A stretch of 64,000 bases of DNA from Stegostoma tigrinum (Eukaryota). The position numbers and the translations under genes are program-made. Where the stretch lies: the NCBI RefSeq assembly GCF_030684315.1, contig NC_081361.1, positions 5,667,014-5,731,013 of the forward strand, read 5' to 3'. Position 1 is the stretch's first letter; every line of letters starts with the position of its first letter. The notes under the pieces are model-generated. The model saw nothing but the letters and a program-made list of their open reading frames with translations, made no database searches and was not told where the DNA came from. Positions 1 through 13,500 of this stretch are shown one piece after another.

Positions 1-673
1 TGGAATTCATTCACAGGATGTGGGGGCACTGGCTGTACCAGCATTTATTACCCGTCACTCGTGGCCCTGGTGAAGTTGGCGGTGAGCTGCCTTCTTGAAT
101 GCTGCAGGCCATGTCCTGTAGGCAAACCCAGAATACCCTGAGGGAGGGAATTCCAGCATTTTGACCCAGTGACAGTGAAGGAACGGTGATATATTTCCAA
201 ATCCAAATGGTGAGTGGCCTGGAGGGGAACTCACAGGGAGTGGTGTTCCCATGTGTCTGCTGCCCTTGTCCTTCTGGATGGAAGTGGCAGTGGGTTTGGA
301 AGGTGCTGTCTTAAGGAAGCTTGGTGAGCAGGTGGTGGTACGGCAGACTGAAAATGATCACCTGTCCACAGCCAGTGGTCACTCCTTTACCTTTTATATC
401 ACTGATACCAGTCAATAAATAACTCCTGGTCAGTCATATCAACAACTTGTCTTGATGTAGCATCTTTAATGTGGTAACCATCCAAAAGGTGGGCACATAC
501 AGTGTTTTTGGTTGATGACTAAAAGGAGACAAAGAGCTATTTCTAAGCAGTGAGAGGGTTTTGTGGAGGAAATTCCTGCTCTGAGGGCCAGGGCGACTGA
601 AGGCACAGCTGCCAGCCATGAGGTGGGAGGCCAGATTGGAGAGTTTGGGGAATAGGTAAGGGATTGAGGATAA

Positions 674-1715
674 GAGATAATGGGAACTGCAGATGCTGGA
701 GAATTCCAAGATAATAAAATGTGAGGCTGGATGAACACAGCAGGCCAAGCAGCATCTCAGGAGCACAAAAGCTGATGTTTCGGGCCTAGACCCTTCATCA
801 GAGAGGGGGATGGGGTGAGGGAACTGGAATAAATAGGGAGAGAGGGGGAGGCGGACCGAAGATGGAGAGTAAAGAAGATAGGTGGAGAGAGTATAGGTGG
901 GGAGGTAGGGAGGGGATAGGTCAGTCCAGGGAAGATGGACAGGTCAAGGAGGTAGGATGAGGTTAGTAGGTAGATGGGGGTGCGGCTTGGAGTGGGAGGA
1001 AGGGATGGGTGAGTGGAAGAACTGGTTAGGGAGGCAGAGACAAGTTGGACTGGTTTTGGGATGCAGTGGGTGGGGGGGAAGAGCTGGGCTGGTTGTATGG
1101 TGCAGTGTGGGGAGGGCACGAACTGGCCTGGTTTAGGGATGCAGTTGGGGAAGGGGAGATTTTGAAACTGGTGAAGTCCACATTGATACCATTAGGCTGC
1201 AGGGTTCCCAGGCGGAATATGAGTTGCTGTTCCTGCAACCTTCGGGTGGCATCATTGTGGCAGTGCAGGAGGCCCATGATGGACATGTCATCTAAAGAAT
1301 GGGAGGGGGAGTGGAAATGGTTTGCGACTGGGAGGTGCAGTTGTTTGTTGCGAACTGAGCGGAGGTGTTCTGCAAAGCGGTCTCCAAGCCTCCGCTTGGT
1401 TTCCCCAATGTAGAGGAAGCCACACTGGGTACATGTGATGCAGTATACCACATTGGCAGATGTGCAGGTGAACTTCTGCTTAATGTGAAATGTCATCTTG
1501 GGGCCTGGGATAGGGGTGAGGGAGGAGGTGTGGGGGCAAGTGTAGCATTTCCTGCGGTTGCAGGCGAAGGTGCCGGGTGTGGTGGGGTTGGAGGGCAGTG
1601 TGGAGCGAACAAGGGAGTCCGGAGAGACCCATGATGGACATGTCATCTAAAGAATGGGAGGGGGAGTGGAAATGATTTGCGACTGGGAGGTGCAGTTGTT
1701 TGTTGCGAACTGAGC
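674..1715 (-). mobile_element. Penelope-like retroelement 3' portion (GIY-YIG endonuclease plus terminal repeat), with partial tandem duplication
   Basis: ORF 1026-1646 has the PLE GIY-YIG motif (CTSANVVYCITC..C..LYIGETKRRLGDRFAEH). A perfect 13-bp TSD GGATTGAGGATAA lies at 661-673 and 1716-1728. Segment ~1627-1717 repeats ~1273-1362. Confidence 0.9.
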
Positions 1716-2211
1716 GGATTGAGGATAACCCTGATTTCCATTGCATCCCATCTGCCTGCTGCAGCAGGAGACTGGGGAGAGGAATCGCGAGGCTGGGCAA
1801 GGCAGATCATTTGGCAGCATGACCCAGAGACTGGAGGCTGTTACTGCAGGCAGGCTCCAAACCAGTTCAGCTGTGAGGAAATGACACTGGACCACACTGG
1901 GACCAGAGAAATAGAAGCAAGAGGAGGCCCCCAGTGTCAGTCCATCCTTTCTTAAATATAGGAAACCAAATTGTATACAATACTCCCAATGCAGGCTCAC
2001 TGACTCCTTGTTCAGTTGTAACAAGATTTCTCTATTTTTAAATTCCAAACAGCAGTAAAGGGTAAAATTCCATTCGCTCCATGACTGAGGGGTGAAAGTG
2101 AGGCCCAGGGAAGAAATTGGGGAAGTGTCCGAGTGTGCTATTACATTTTCTGTAAGATTGGAGGGAGTCATGTTGTCTGTCCCTCACACTGTGTCCACCT
2201 TCCCCACTTAG

Positions 2212-2349
<138 letters not shown>

Positions 2350-2471
2350 TAGAGGTTAGGGGGTGAGGGAAACCCCTGACCCAAGGGCAGGGGTAGAGGC
2401 CTCGTCCGTGTGGTTAATGTTTGATGCTGATTGAGACTCTCGTTCTGATCTTTGCTTTCCCGATGTTGCAG

Positions 2472-2555
2472 ATTAAGGAGGTTTTCCTCAGAGAGTTAGA
2501 GAAAGCTGAATATGAAGTCTGCCAGACAAATGCCATCATTTCAGAATACAAACAT
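2472..2555 (+). pseudogene. RABGAP1L: RABGAP1L-like exon remnant 2 (IKEVFLRELEKAEYEVCQTNAIISEYKH)
   Basis: TTGCAG acceptor and GT donor at 2556. Continues the peptide of the previous exon (RABGAP1L-type [28 protein letters not shown]). Confidence 0.8.
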
Positions 2556-3759
2556 GTCCGGACACCGTGACCTGCTGCTTAAATCCTGGGAGATGGACAC
2601 TGTATAGATTGTGTTGAAATGAATGGTGCATCCGATTGCTGGGTGTTTCAAGGTCTAAATGCGGGGTTTGTCTCTCATTCCTTTCCGAATGTCAGTGGGG
2701 GGTGACCATCCTCCATCAGCTGCACACGGCTGGGGCACGGCTTCCCAGTTGCCTTTAACTGATGACACACCCTGAGGTTTCATCTTCAGTTTAATCTTGA
2801 TGTGAAACTTTGTTGCAGCTTAAAGACATTCGAGTGGAAAATTTCCAGTCTACCTTAACTGGTGTGACCACACTACCTGCAGACTGCTCTCTCCTAAAAG
2901 CAGTTTCTAAGCAAAGACATTTTACTGTCAATTCCTCTTGAGGCTGTACCTATTCCTGAATTTGCATAGTGCAAATCCTTCACTTATCACAATCACTTGT
3001 TGACAAATAGCTCACTGGAAAGTATCGGCTGCTTTCTCTGAAACTTCTCTCCCAGCAAGAACTCCGTTTAGAAAGTGTCCTTTTGTTAAGTCCTACTCCC
3101 TTACTGGCACAAGGACCCTGAGCAAGCGTTCTATACTTATTCCCCTTCTGCAGGCAGGCACAGAGGGATCTGGGTGTCCTGGTACTTGAATCACAAAGTT
3201 AGTGCACAGTGCTAGCAAATGATAAGGAAGATAGATGGAGTGTTGGTGTTTATTGCAAAGGGCTGTTGATGAGGCCTCATCTAGAGAGCTGTGTATAGTT
3301 CTGGTCTCATTGAAGAAAGGAGATCAAATCTTGTTGGGAAAAGGCCGGAAAATGGAGATAAAGAGTATCAGATCAAACTTAATGTCATTGAATTGTAGAG
3401 CAGAATTAATGGGCTGAACAGCCTACTTCTGCTCCGAGAAATTTTGATAAAATTGTGTCACAAACAATTCAGAGACAGTTCACTCAACTCATTGCTAGGA
3501 TGGCGGGGTTATCCTCTGAGGAAAAGGTGGACATGCTGTATACATTGGAGTTTAGAGAACAAAAGGTGATCCATTTGAAATCGATCGGATCCTGAAAGAT
3601 AAAAACTAGAGACTGCGGATGCTGGAGATATGAACCAAAAAACAGGGAACCCTGGAGAAACTCAAGATGTCCAGCAGCATTTGTGGAGAAGAGAATTGAG
3701 TTAAGATTTCTGAAGAAGTCATACTGGTCTGGAAATGCTACCTGTGTGTCAATTTCCAC

Positions 3760-4905
3760 AGATAAGCAGCAAGAGATAGCAGAGCTGAGAGTTCCCCGAA
3801 ACCAATAGATCATATCTAAGCTCTGCAGCCCTGCCACATCCTGTCGTGAATGGTGGGACACAATTAAACAACTCACTGAAGGAGGAGGCTCCACAAATTA
3901 CCCAATCCTCAATGATGAAAAAAAATGCATTTTTGTGCAAAAGATAGATAAAGCTGAAGCTTTCTCAGCAATCTTCAGCCAGACATGCTGAGTGGATGAT
4001 CCATCACGGCCTCTCGCAGTAGTCACAGCATTACAGATTCCTGTCTTCAGCCAATTGGATTCACTCGACATGATATCAGTAAATGGTTGGAGACACTGGA
4101 CACTGCCTAATCTATGGGCCTTGACAACGTTCTGACAAATGTACTGAAGACTCGTGCTGCAGAGCCAAGCTGCTCAAGTACGGTTACACACCAGCATGAA
4201 CCCAACAATATGGAAAATTGCAAGTATGACCTGTACATAAAAAGCAGAATAAATCCAACCTGACCAATTACTGCCCCATCAGTCTCCTCTCAATCATCAG
4301 GAAAGTGCTGAAAGGTGTCAGTAACAGTGCTATCAAAAAGCATCTGCTCATCAATAACCTGCTGAGTGATGCCCAGTTTGGGTTCTGCCAGGGCCACTCA
4401 GCTCCTGACCTCATTACAACCTTGATCAAATATGGACAAAGGAGCTGGATTCCAGAGGTGAGGGTGAGTGACAGACCTTGATATCGAGGCTGCATTTCAC
4501 TGAGTGTGGCATCAAGGACCCCTGGGAAAAACATTCGTGGTTTTCAGATACTGATGCAGTCTGTATCCAAATGCAAAAAGATCTGGACAATTTTCAGGTT
4601 TGGGCTGACAAGTGGCAAATAACATTCACGCCATACAAATGCCAGGCTATGGCCATCACCAATAAGAAACAATCTAACCACTGCCCCTTGACATTCAACG
4701 GTGTTACCATCTATAAATCCCCCATTATCATCACCCCAAGGGTCATTCATTGGCCAGAAACTCAAATGGACTCACCACATAAATGGCTACAAGAACAGGT
4801 CAGTGGCTAGGAATACTGCGGCGAGTAACTCACCTCCTGATTCCGCAAAGCCTGCCCACTATCTACAAGGCACAAGTTAGGAGTGTGAAGGAATATTCCC
4901 CGCAT
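3760..4905 (+). mobile_element. Degenerate non-LTR LINE reverse-transcriptase fragment
   Basis: Broken RT-like peptides (NYCPISLLSII.KV.., QFGFCQGHSAPDL, QMQKDLDNFQVWADKWQITF) with many frameshifts. Confidence 0.7.
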
Positions 4906-5174
4906 TTATAAAAATGATCTTGCTGGGTTAACTGAAACCCTGAGGGGATATTACAGATGGATACCAAGGAGAAGTTTCCTCATGGAGGGTTATCCAGATG
5001 GTTTAAGAGAGACAGTTTACTTCAGAACAACAAAGTCCCATTAGTGCATAATAATTACAGCCTTCCCACTAAACTGATAGACAGTGCAGTGTGACAACGT
5101 GAGCCTTAAGAATTTTGCACATCTGTCAGTGAGGTGACAGGAGCAGCAATAAGTCTCCCTCTTGTTCTGTTTCG

Positions 5175-5246
5175 GTTTGTTCACAGTGGAGAACATGGTT
5201 GAAGAGACAGCAGGCAGTGAGTAAGGAGGAATTGGAGCTAGTGAAG
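5175..5246 (+). pseudogene. RABGAP1L: RABGAP1L-like exon remnant 3 (VCSQWRTWLKRQQAVSKEELELVK)
   Basis: Matches the expected next segment ([24 protein letters not shown]-type). Both splice sites are degenerate (CG acceptor, TT donor). Confidence 0.7.
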
Positions 5247-6369
5247 TTAGGATTCAGCTGATGATCAGCTTCTGATAGTCCCACTCCTGCACTTGTCCTT
5301 GTGCTGCCTTCATATTGGGTCATCTGTTGTATGTTGTGTGGTCACAGAATCTTTACAGCATGGAAAGAGGTGCTTCGGCCCATTGTGTCCAAACCAACCA
5401 TCAAACACACTCCAATCCCATTTCCAAGGACTTGACCCTTAGCCTTGTATGCTGAGGGGTTTCAATACTCAGCTAAATGCTTCTGAAATGTCTTCAGGGT
5501 TCCTTCTCCTATAGCCTCCTGATTGTGGAAAATCTGCTCACAATGAGCTAAATACCCAAACATCAGCATCTTCTATTCATGCATGGGATGTGTGTGTTGC
5601 CGCCTGGACCAGCATTTATTGGCCATCCCCAGTTGCAGCTCAGCCACTTTCTCCAGGGCAACTAGGGGTGGGAAATAAATGCTGGGCCGAGCCACTGATG
5701 ACCATATCCCAGGAATGAATCCCAGAAACACAGGCTCATCTCCCTCTCTCAGTGACATGAGTCTACAGAGGGCAGGATCACTGCAGTCTAACCCATTAAG
5801 CAGCACAGCAGCACACACATTTGGATCTGAATGGGAACAGTCACAAGCTGCAGGGAAAGTCAGTGAGGAGGTCTGTCTCATTTTCTACCCTAAAATGCAT
5901 TGTTTTAGAGTCATTCACAAACCCTGGATGACCCTCCTGTACCCTCACTCTGATCTCAAACAGCATTTATTGTTAATTGTGGCATTGAGATCTCACAGGG
6001 TGAACACCAGCCCTGCATAAAGTACTTCCTTATAATGCAATCTCACCTTACTGATTGGTCGTCTCCATCTTGCCTCATAAGAAAGATTAGTTTTTATAAT
6101 TAGCGCCTTCTTGTCATTTTCATTGGCAGGTATTGTTGTTTGGGAATCTCATTGATTTAGTACGGTGAATGGGTTGATCCTACAGTCACTGGGAAGGATG
6201 AGGCATTGTCAGAAATACGAGTATTCACTAATTCGTCACCTTGACCAGGCAAACTCAGAATCTACTTCACTCTCAACTGTCTCTCTTTCCTCTCCTTTCT
6301 TCTCTCTCTCCTGTATGCGCCCTCTTTCTGAGTTTCTTACTATCCAGAATACATGCTCGCTCTTTTGCT

Positions 6370-6442
6370 CTCTCTCCCTCTCTCCACCTCCCCCCTCTCT
6401 CTCCTCCTCCTCCTCTCTCTCTCTCTCTCTCTCTATCTCTCT
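6370..6442. repeat. CT-rich microsatellite / polypyrimidine tract
   Basis: (CT)n and (CCT)n runs are directly visible. Confidence 0.9.
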
Positions 6443-7762
6443 GGACTGAGAGCTTCTCCTATTCATTGACCCACAGAATCAGAATGTTTTGTTCAGGTCA
6501 GTTCCCACGATTCACTGTGGCATTCTGCTCATCCTGTCTTACATACTAAATGTGCTACTTGAATCTATACGCAGGTCTTTCCTACATTCTTCCCTTTCAG
6601 CCCTGACAAACCGATGTGTGTGGATGTGACAGAGGAACAGCTAAAGGAATCAATTTGCACAATGTACAAAAAACAAACAAGCTTTCTAGTTTCTTTAATT
6701 TTCAAATAGGTTCAATATTAAAAGTAGTTAAAATTTGGGGAAATGCTATGTTTAACTTGCAGCAGCCTGTTGTCCAAGGGAACAGGTTCCTACTGTTGGT
6801 GAGTTTATCTGTAATGTCAGCTGCTCCCAGTTGATCACTGTGGTAAAGCCATCTCTAGGGGCAGCTTATATTTGTGACAATTGTATTTTCAATAATAAAT
6901 TATCTCACTGTTGTTGGTCTTCCTGTGTTCTGTGATCGCTCCACACTGCTGGACCTTCAGCTGGATATACAGGAAGATCCCAATTCTTTCTCTTTCACTT
7001 CAAACCATTCAATTAGTGTTAATGTGACCACATTCTGGTCAGAAGTGGGATCGTCAGTAAGTGACTGCGCTCTGTCCTGTAAATCTCAGTTATTGACACA
7101 TCGATCACAATATCCCATTATTCCACGCTTAACTAGAATATGTGAATGGGGGCCAGGGAATGATCACAACTTGCCTGACACAGCACACTCCCTCCATTCC
7201 CCTCCTCAAAGCAAATCTGAAATCACCAACTGGGTTTTACACTGTGATCAGACTCAAGGAGGGAGGACGTGCTGTAAAGCTGAGATACACACCCACAGAC
7301 AGCACCATGTAACAGACACACTCACGTGGTGTCATGTATACTGTGAGATCCTGACTGATCCTCTCTCTGAACTAAGACCGCACTCAGTTCAGTTTTGAGC
7401 TGTCACTGTGAGGAACAGGTGAAAGTGGGAGAATTGAATGTTACAAGTTCAGCCTCCAGAGTCTGTGATCGGCCAAATATGAGTTCAGGAATTCGACAGC
7501 ATGCAGTGCACAGTGTGATCCCAACTGCTGGGTCTTCACCAACAGAGTGAAGAGTGAGTATCTCAGATTGCAATGATTGAGTCCCAGCAGCTTTCAGATT
7601 CTGCTCCATTTGTAATCTTGTAAACTCGACAGATTCCAGATCAAAGGCTGTCAATTCAGCTACAGTGGTGTCATTGATTGACAGGTCACCCAGCCCATCA
7701 GCTAAGAGAGGGATAGCTCATTTCGAAACCAGACAAGCGACAGAGCCTGAATGTTCTTCAAC

Positions 7763-7768
7763 TTTATT
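7763..7768 (-). terminator. Probable polyadenylation signal (AATAAA) of the Ig light-chain transcript
   Basis: First AATAAA seen on the minus strand downstream of the C stop codon, about 515 nt of 3' UTR. Confidence 0.55.
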
Positions 7769-8283
7769 GTCATTTCCAGATAGACATTTACAGAAAAAAA
7801 GACTGCAATTAACAGCCCAGACAGAGGAAGCTGCACAAATTCATAGCCACATTGGAACTTAAGGTAAACACCTGTGGAGACTTTTTCAATAGTCCCTTTA
7901 AACAGTGACAAAACCTTAAGTTGGAACTGACGGCTGAGCAGGAAGGAGATCTGCTTTACTGAAGCAGAGACTTCTGAGGTTGACATTGCTTTTCAGCAGC
8001 TGACAGTCTTCCACAACTTTGAGAGGTTTTAATTGTCATCACAAGTCACCACTGACCCCATGAAACACTCCCAGGACAGGGGCAGCATGGGGTTAGATAC
8101 AGAGGAAAGCACCCTCTACACTGTCCCAATGACCTGCCTTAACCCCTGAACCTCAGAAATGTCTCCAAGTCAGTCCTGAGAAGGAAGAGAGTTGAAATAT
8201 CGTGCTGACAATGGCCTTTGCCCTGCCAGCTCAGCCCCGTTCTATTTAAAGTTGTGTCTCCTCTGTGGACTGTCTCAAACACA

Positions 8284-8612
8284 CTACACACATTCTGATC
8301 TCCTGATGCTCTTGCTGAGGGGAGAGGAGAGGGTGACGTGGGTGAGAGCACAGGAGAAGAGAGCGTTGGACTCCCAGTCAGAGCCAGAGAGGGTCAGCAG
8401 GCTGCTGACACTGTAAGTGCTGTCTGAAGCTCGCAGGTAGTTGCTGGTCTGAACCCCATCCGAAATGACTGCACCATCCTTCTTCCACTGCACCTCCAGC
8501 TCATCAGGATAGAAGTGATTGGCGAGGCACACCAGGGTGGCAGTGCCCTTGGTCTGAACCTGCTCCGGGGAGGGGGGCAGCAGGGTCAGCTTGGGCTGAG
8601 ACCTGTCACGGC
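8284..8612 (-). CDS. IGKC: Immunoglobulin kappa-type light-chain constant exon (cluster 1)
   Basis: Acceptor tgtctttcAG (8614-8613), phase 1 matching the J donor. Translates (S)RDRSQPKLTLLPPSPEQVQTKGTATLVCLANHFYPDELEVQWKKDG...YSVSSLLTLSGSDWESNALFSCALTHVTLSSPLSKSIRRSECV*, a C1-set domain with both Cys, the Trp and the C-terminal interchain Cys. Confidence 0.97.
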
Positions 8613-8904
8613 CTGAAAGACAACAGAAGCAATTTTAATCCCTACCATTCAAAAGATTTTAACTTTCCAAACATTCACTCACAAAACAATCTGTTTGAAC
8701 ACTTGTAGCCAATAATGAACAAACCCAACAGCAGAATGATTATTTATTAAAATTCCTTGTTGATGGAGGACATTGAAATCCCCCACCCAGAGTGCATTCT
8801 GTGCCCTCACCACCCTCAGTGCGTCCTCCAAGTGCTGTTCAACCTGGAGGAGAGTGATTTTTCATCCGAGAAAGGGCAGTACATGGTAATCAGTGGGAGG
8901 TTTC

Positions 8905-10060
8905 ACAGAATCATACAGTACTGAAGAGGCCATTTGCTCTATCAGGTCTGTACCATGAATGCTGCACTAAATCTGCTCTCCACCCACTTTCTTGATCTGG
9001 GCCCATAACATTGAATGTTGGGATATTTCAGAGGCTCATCCAAGTATGTTTGAACAGTTGTGAAATTACCCACCTGCTCCCCTCCCAGGCACTGTGTGAA
9101 AAAGCCTCAAACTTCTCTACTCCAAAGAAAACAACTTGAGCTTATCCGGTCCCTCTTTGTCACTGAAACTCTCCATCACAGGCAACATCCCAGTTGAATC
9201 TCCTCTGCACCTCCTCCAGTACAATCATATCCTTTCTATAGTGTGGTGACCAGAACTGCACACAGTGCTCCAGCTGTGGCCTAACCGAAGTCGTGTACAG
9301 CTCCACCATACCCTCCCTGCTCTTATAATCTATATCTGAAATGATAAAGACACGTGTCCCATAAGCCTTCATAACTGCCCGATTAACCTGCTCTGGCACT
9401 TTCAGGGATCTGTCGACAATCATCCCAAGATCCTGCTGTCACTCTGAGATTCATAGTGTCCTGCCATTCATTGAGTACTCCCTTGTCTTGTTACTTCCTG
9501 CAAAGTGCACCATCTCTCCTTTTCAGGCTTCCATTCCAGCTGCCTCTGATCTGCCCATCTGACCAATCTGGTTATATCCTCCTGTAACATAAAACCTTCT
9601 TCCTCACGGTCGACCTTCCGGCTGATCTTCATGTCATCCACAAACTCAATTATCCTCCCCTCCCCTATTCTCATCAAAATTGTTCCTATATATATCACAG
9701 TGAGGGATCCAACACTGATCCCTGTGATATTCCACTGCACACTGAGCCCAGTCACTCAAACAGCCTTCTCCCATCCCCCTCTGATACCTGTCACAAAGCC
9801 AAGTTTGGATCAACTTGCCAACTTGTACCCATGGGCCTTTACCTTTTTCATCCGTCTCCCACATGGGACATTGTCAAAGGCCTTGCTGAAATCTACATAA
9901 ACTACACCTCCCTCACCTACACACCTGGTCACCTCCTTGACATAATCGCAGTAGATTTGTTGGCCATGACCTCCCGCTGACAAAGCCGCGTTGACTATCC
10001 CTGAAATGGAGATTCATTCTACCTTCAGAATTTTCTCCAATCACATTCCTAACACTGATT
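8905..10060 (-). mobile_element. Degenerate CR1 LINE ORF2 fragment
   Basis: CR1 motifs (VRPQLEHCVQFWSPHYRKD, FVDDMKI, GFVSGRSWPTNL) in broken frames. Confidence 0.8.
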
Positions 10061-10599
10061 TGAGACTCACTGGTTTCCTTAATGCCATGAGACATTGTCC
10101 AGATTCAATGTTGGGGACTCCCAGGCTCATTCCCTCCCGACTATATCCCACGGTGTCACCTCTGCTGGGACTGTCCCACTGGTGGGACAGGGCATACCCA
10201 GTGATGGTGATGGTAGTGTCTGGGACGTGGTCTGTAAGGCCTGATACTGTGAGTATGACTGTGTCAGGCTGTTGTTTGACTTCTCTATGAATTTGGCACC
10301 AGCACACAGATGTTAGTAAAGATGGCAGAGCAGGGTAGACAGAGCTGTGTTTGATGGTGTTTCCAATGCCAAGGTCGATGCCAGGTGGTCTGCCCAGTTT
10401 CATTCCATTTTTGAGAGCTTTCAGTGAATTTTACAATGGAGTAGCTCACTCGGCCATTTCAGAGGGGGGGTTAAAAGCCTGCCACATTGCTGTAGGTCTG
10501 GTGTCACATGTAGGTCAAACGAGGTAAGTCCAGCAGATTTCCTTCTCCAAATGACATCTGTCCTTCATCTCAATATGTCTTTAATAAACTTCCGATCAC

Positions 10600-13500
10600 T
10601 CACTGATCAGGAGCCGTTGTTTAAGAAAGGAAAAATCAGGGAATTATACAGCTGTGAAACTGACATTGATGGTGGGAAAGTTGTTGGAAGGAATCCTGAG
10701 GGACAGGATTTATGTGTGTTTGGAAAAGCATGGACTGATCAGGGATAGTCAACATAGCATTGTAAGTGGGAAATTGCGTCTCACTAACTTGATTAGTTCT
10801 TTGAAGAAATAATGAAGAGACTTGATGAGGGCAGAGCAGTGGGTGTGATCTATATGGAGATCAGTAAGGCATTCGAAAAGTTTCCTCATGGTAAGACTGG
10901 TTCACAAGGTTAGATGACATGTAATATAGGGTGAACTAGCTATTTGGACATGGAACTGGCTCAAAGGTAGAAAACAGAGGATGGTGGTGGAGGGATCCTT
11001 TCAACCCAGAGTACTCTGACCAGCAGTGTGCCACAAGGATCGGTGCTGGGTCCATGGCTTTTCATCATTTATATAAATGATTTGGATGTGAACATAAGAG
11101 GAATAGTTCATAAATTTGTAGATGGCACCAAAATTGGAGGCACAGTGGACAGCGAAGAAGGTTACTTCAGAGTACAAGGGGATCTTTCCCAGAAGGGCCA
11201 AAGTTCTGAATGGTGTTACATGGAATTTAATGTAGATAAATGTGATTTGTTGCATTTTGGAAAGGCAAATCAGAGCAGGACTTATACTCTTAATGGTAAG
11301 GTCCTGGAGAGTGCTGCTGAACAAAGAAGCCTTGGAGTTTACTTTCATATTGGAAACGGAGTTATGGGTGGTTAGGATAGTGAAGACAATGTTTGGAAAG
11401 CTTCCCCTTATCAGGAAGGGCATTGGGTATATATTTGGATCACATTTGGTCATTTTCAAGCTGTACAGGACATTGGTCAGGACACTATTGGAATACTGTG
11501 GGCAGTTGTGGTCTCCTTGCTGTCAGAAGGGTGTTGTGAATATTAAAATTGCTTAGAACATAGAACATAGAACATTACAGCACATTACAGGCCCTGCGGC
11601 CCTCAATGTTGTGCCGACCTGTCATACCGATCTCAAGCCCATCTAACCTACACTATTCCATGTACGTCCATGCTTGTCCAATGACGACTTAAATGTACCT
11701 AAAGTTGGCGAATCTACTACCGCTGCAGGCAAAGCGTTCCATTCCCTTACTACTCTCTGAGTAAAGAAACTACCTCTGACATCTGTCCTATATCTTTCAT
11801 CCTTCAATTTAAAGCTATGCCCCCTCGTGCTCGCCGTCACCATCCTAGGAAAAAGGCTCTCCCTATCCACCCTATCTAATCCTCTGATTATTTTATATGT
11901 TTCAATTAAGTCACCTCTCAACCTTCTTCTCTCAAATGAAAACAGCCTCAAGACCCTCAGCCCTTCCTCGTAAGACCTTCCATCCATACCAGGCAACATC
12001 CTAGTAAATCTCCTCTGCACCCTTTCCAAAGCTTCCACATCCTTCTTATAATGCGGTGACCAGAACTGTGCACAATACTCCAAGTGCGGCTGCACCAGAG
12101 TTTTGTACAGCTTCACCATAACCTCTTGGTTCCGGAACTCGATCCATCTATTAATAAAAGCTAAAACACTGTATGCCTTCTTAACAGCCCTGTCAACCTG
12201 CGTGGCAACTTTCAAGGATCTGTGTACATGGACACCGAGATCTCTCTGCTCATCTACACTGCTAAGAATCTTACCATTAGCCCTGTACTTTGCCTTCTGG
12301 TTACTCTTCCCAAAGTGCATCACCTCACACTTGCCTGCATTAAACTCCATTTGCCACCTCTCAGCCCAGCTCTGCAGCTAATCTACGTTCTCTCTGCAAC
12401 CTACAGCATCCTTCGTCACTATCCACAACTCCACCAACCTTAGTGTCGTCTGCAAATTTACTAACCCATCCTTCTACGCCCTCATCCAGGTCATTTATAA
12501 AAATGACAAACAGCAGTGGACCCAACACTGACCCTTGTGGTACACCACTAGTAACTGGTCTCCAGGATGAACATTTCCCATCAACTACCACCCTCTGTCT
12601 TCTTTCAGCAAGCCAATTTCCGATCCAAACTGCTATATCTCCCACAATTCCATTCCTCTGCATTTTGCACAATAGCCTATCGTGGGGAACCTTATTGAAC
12701 GCCTTGCTGAAATCCATATACACCACATCAAGTGGTTTACTCTCATCTACCTGTTTGGTCACCTTCTCAAAGAACTCAATAAGTTTTGTGAGGCACGTCC
12801 TTCCCTTCACAAAACCGTGCTGACTATCCCTAATCAATTTATTCTTTTCTAGATGATTATAAATCCTACCCCTTATAACCTTTTCCAACGCTTTACCAAC
12901 AACTGAGGTACGGCTCACTGGTCTATAATCACCAGGGTTGTCTCTACTCCCCTTCTTGAACAGGGGAACCACATTTGCTATCCTCCAGTCATCTGGCACT
13001 ATTCCTGTAGACAATGACGAGTTAAAGATCAATGCCAAAGGCTCAGCAATCTCCTCCCTGGCTTCCCAGAGGATCCAAGGATAAATCCCATCCAGCCCAG
13101 GGTACTTATCTATCTTCACCCTCTGTAGGATTTCTAATACCTCTTCCTTGTGAACCTCAATCCCACCTAGTCTAGTAGCCTGTATCTCAGTATTCTCCTC
13201 GACAACACTATCGTTTTCTAGAGTGAATACTGTTGAAAAATATTCATTTAATGCTTCCCCTATCTCATCTGACTCCACACACAACTTATCACTACTATCC
13301 TTGATTGGGCCTAATCTTACTTTCGACATTCTTTTATTCCTTACATACCTATAGAAAGCCTTAGGGTTTACCCTGATCCTATACGCCAACAACTTCTCAT
13401 GTCTCCTCCTGACTCTTCTGAGCTCTCTCTGTAGGTCTTTCCTGGCTACCTCGTAGCCCTCAAGCACCTTGACTGAGCCTTCACATCTCATCCTAACATA

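Noticed and set aside
1730-1910. Possible further upstream RABGAP1L-like exon
   Set aside because: No convincing translation matching the expected preceding peptide could be read.
7509-7547. CACAGTG downstream of C as a kappa-deleting-element-like RSS
   Set aside because: No acceptable nonamer at 12 or 23 bp (about 4-5/9 at best). Lone heptamers are expected by chance.
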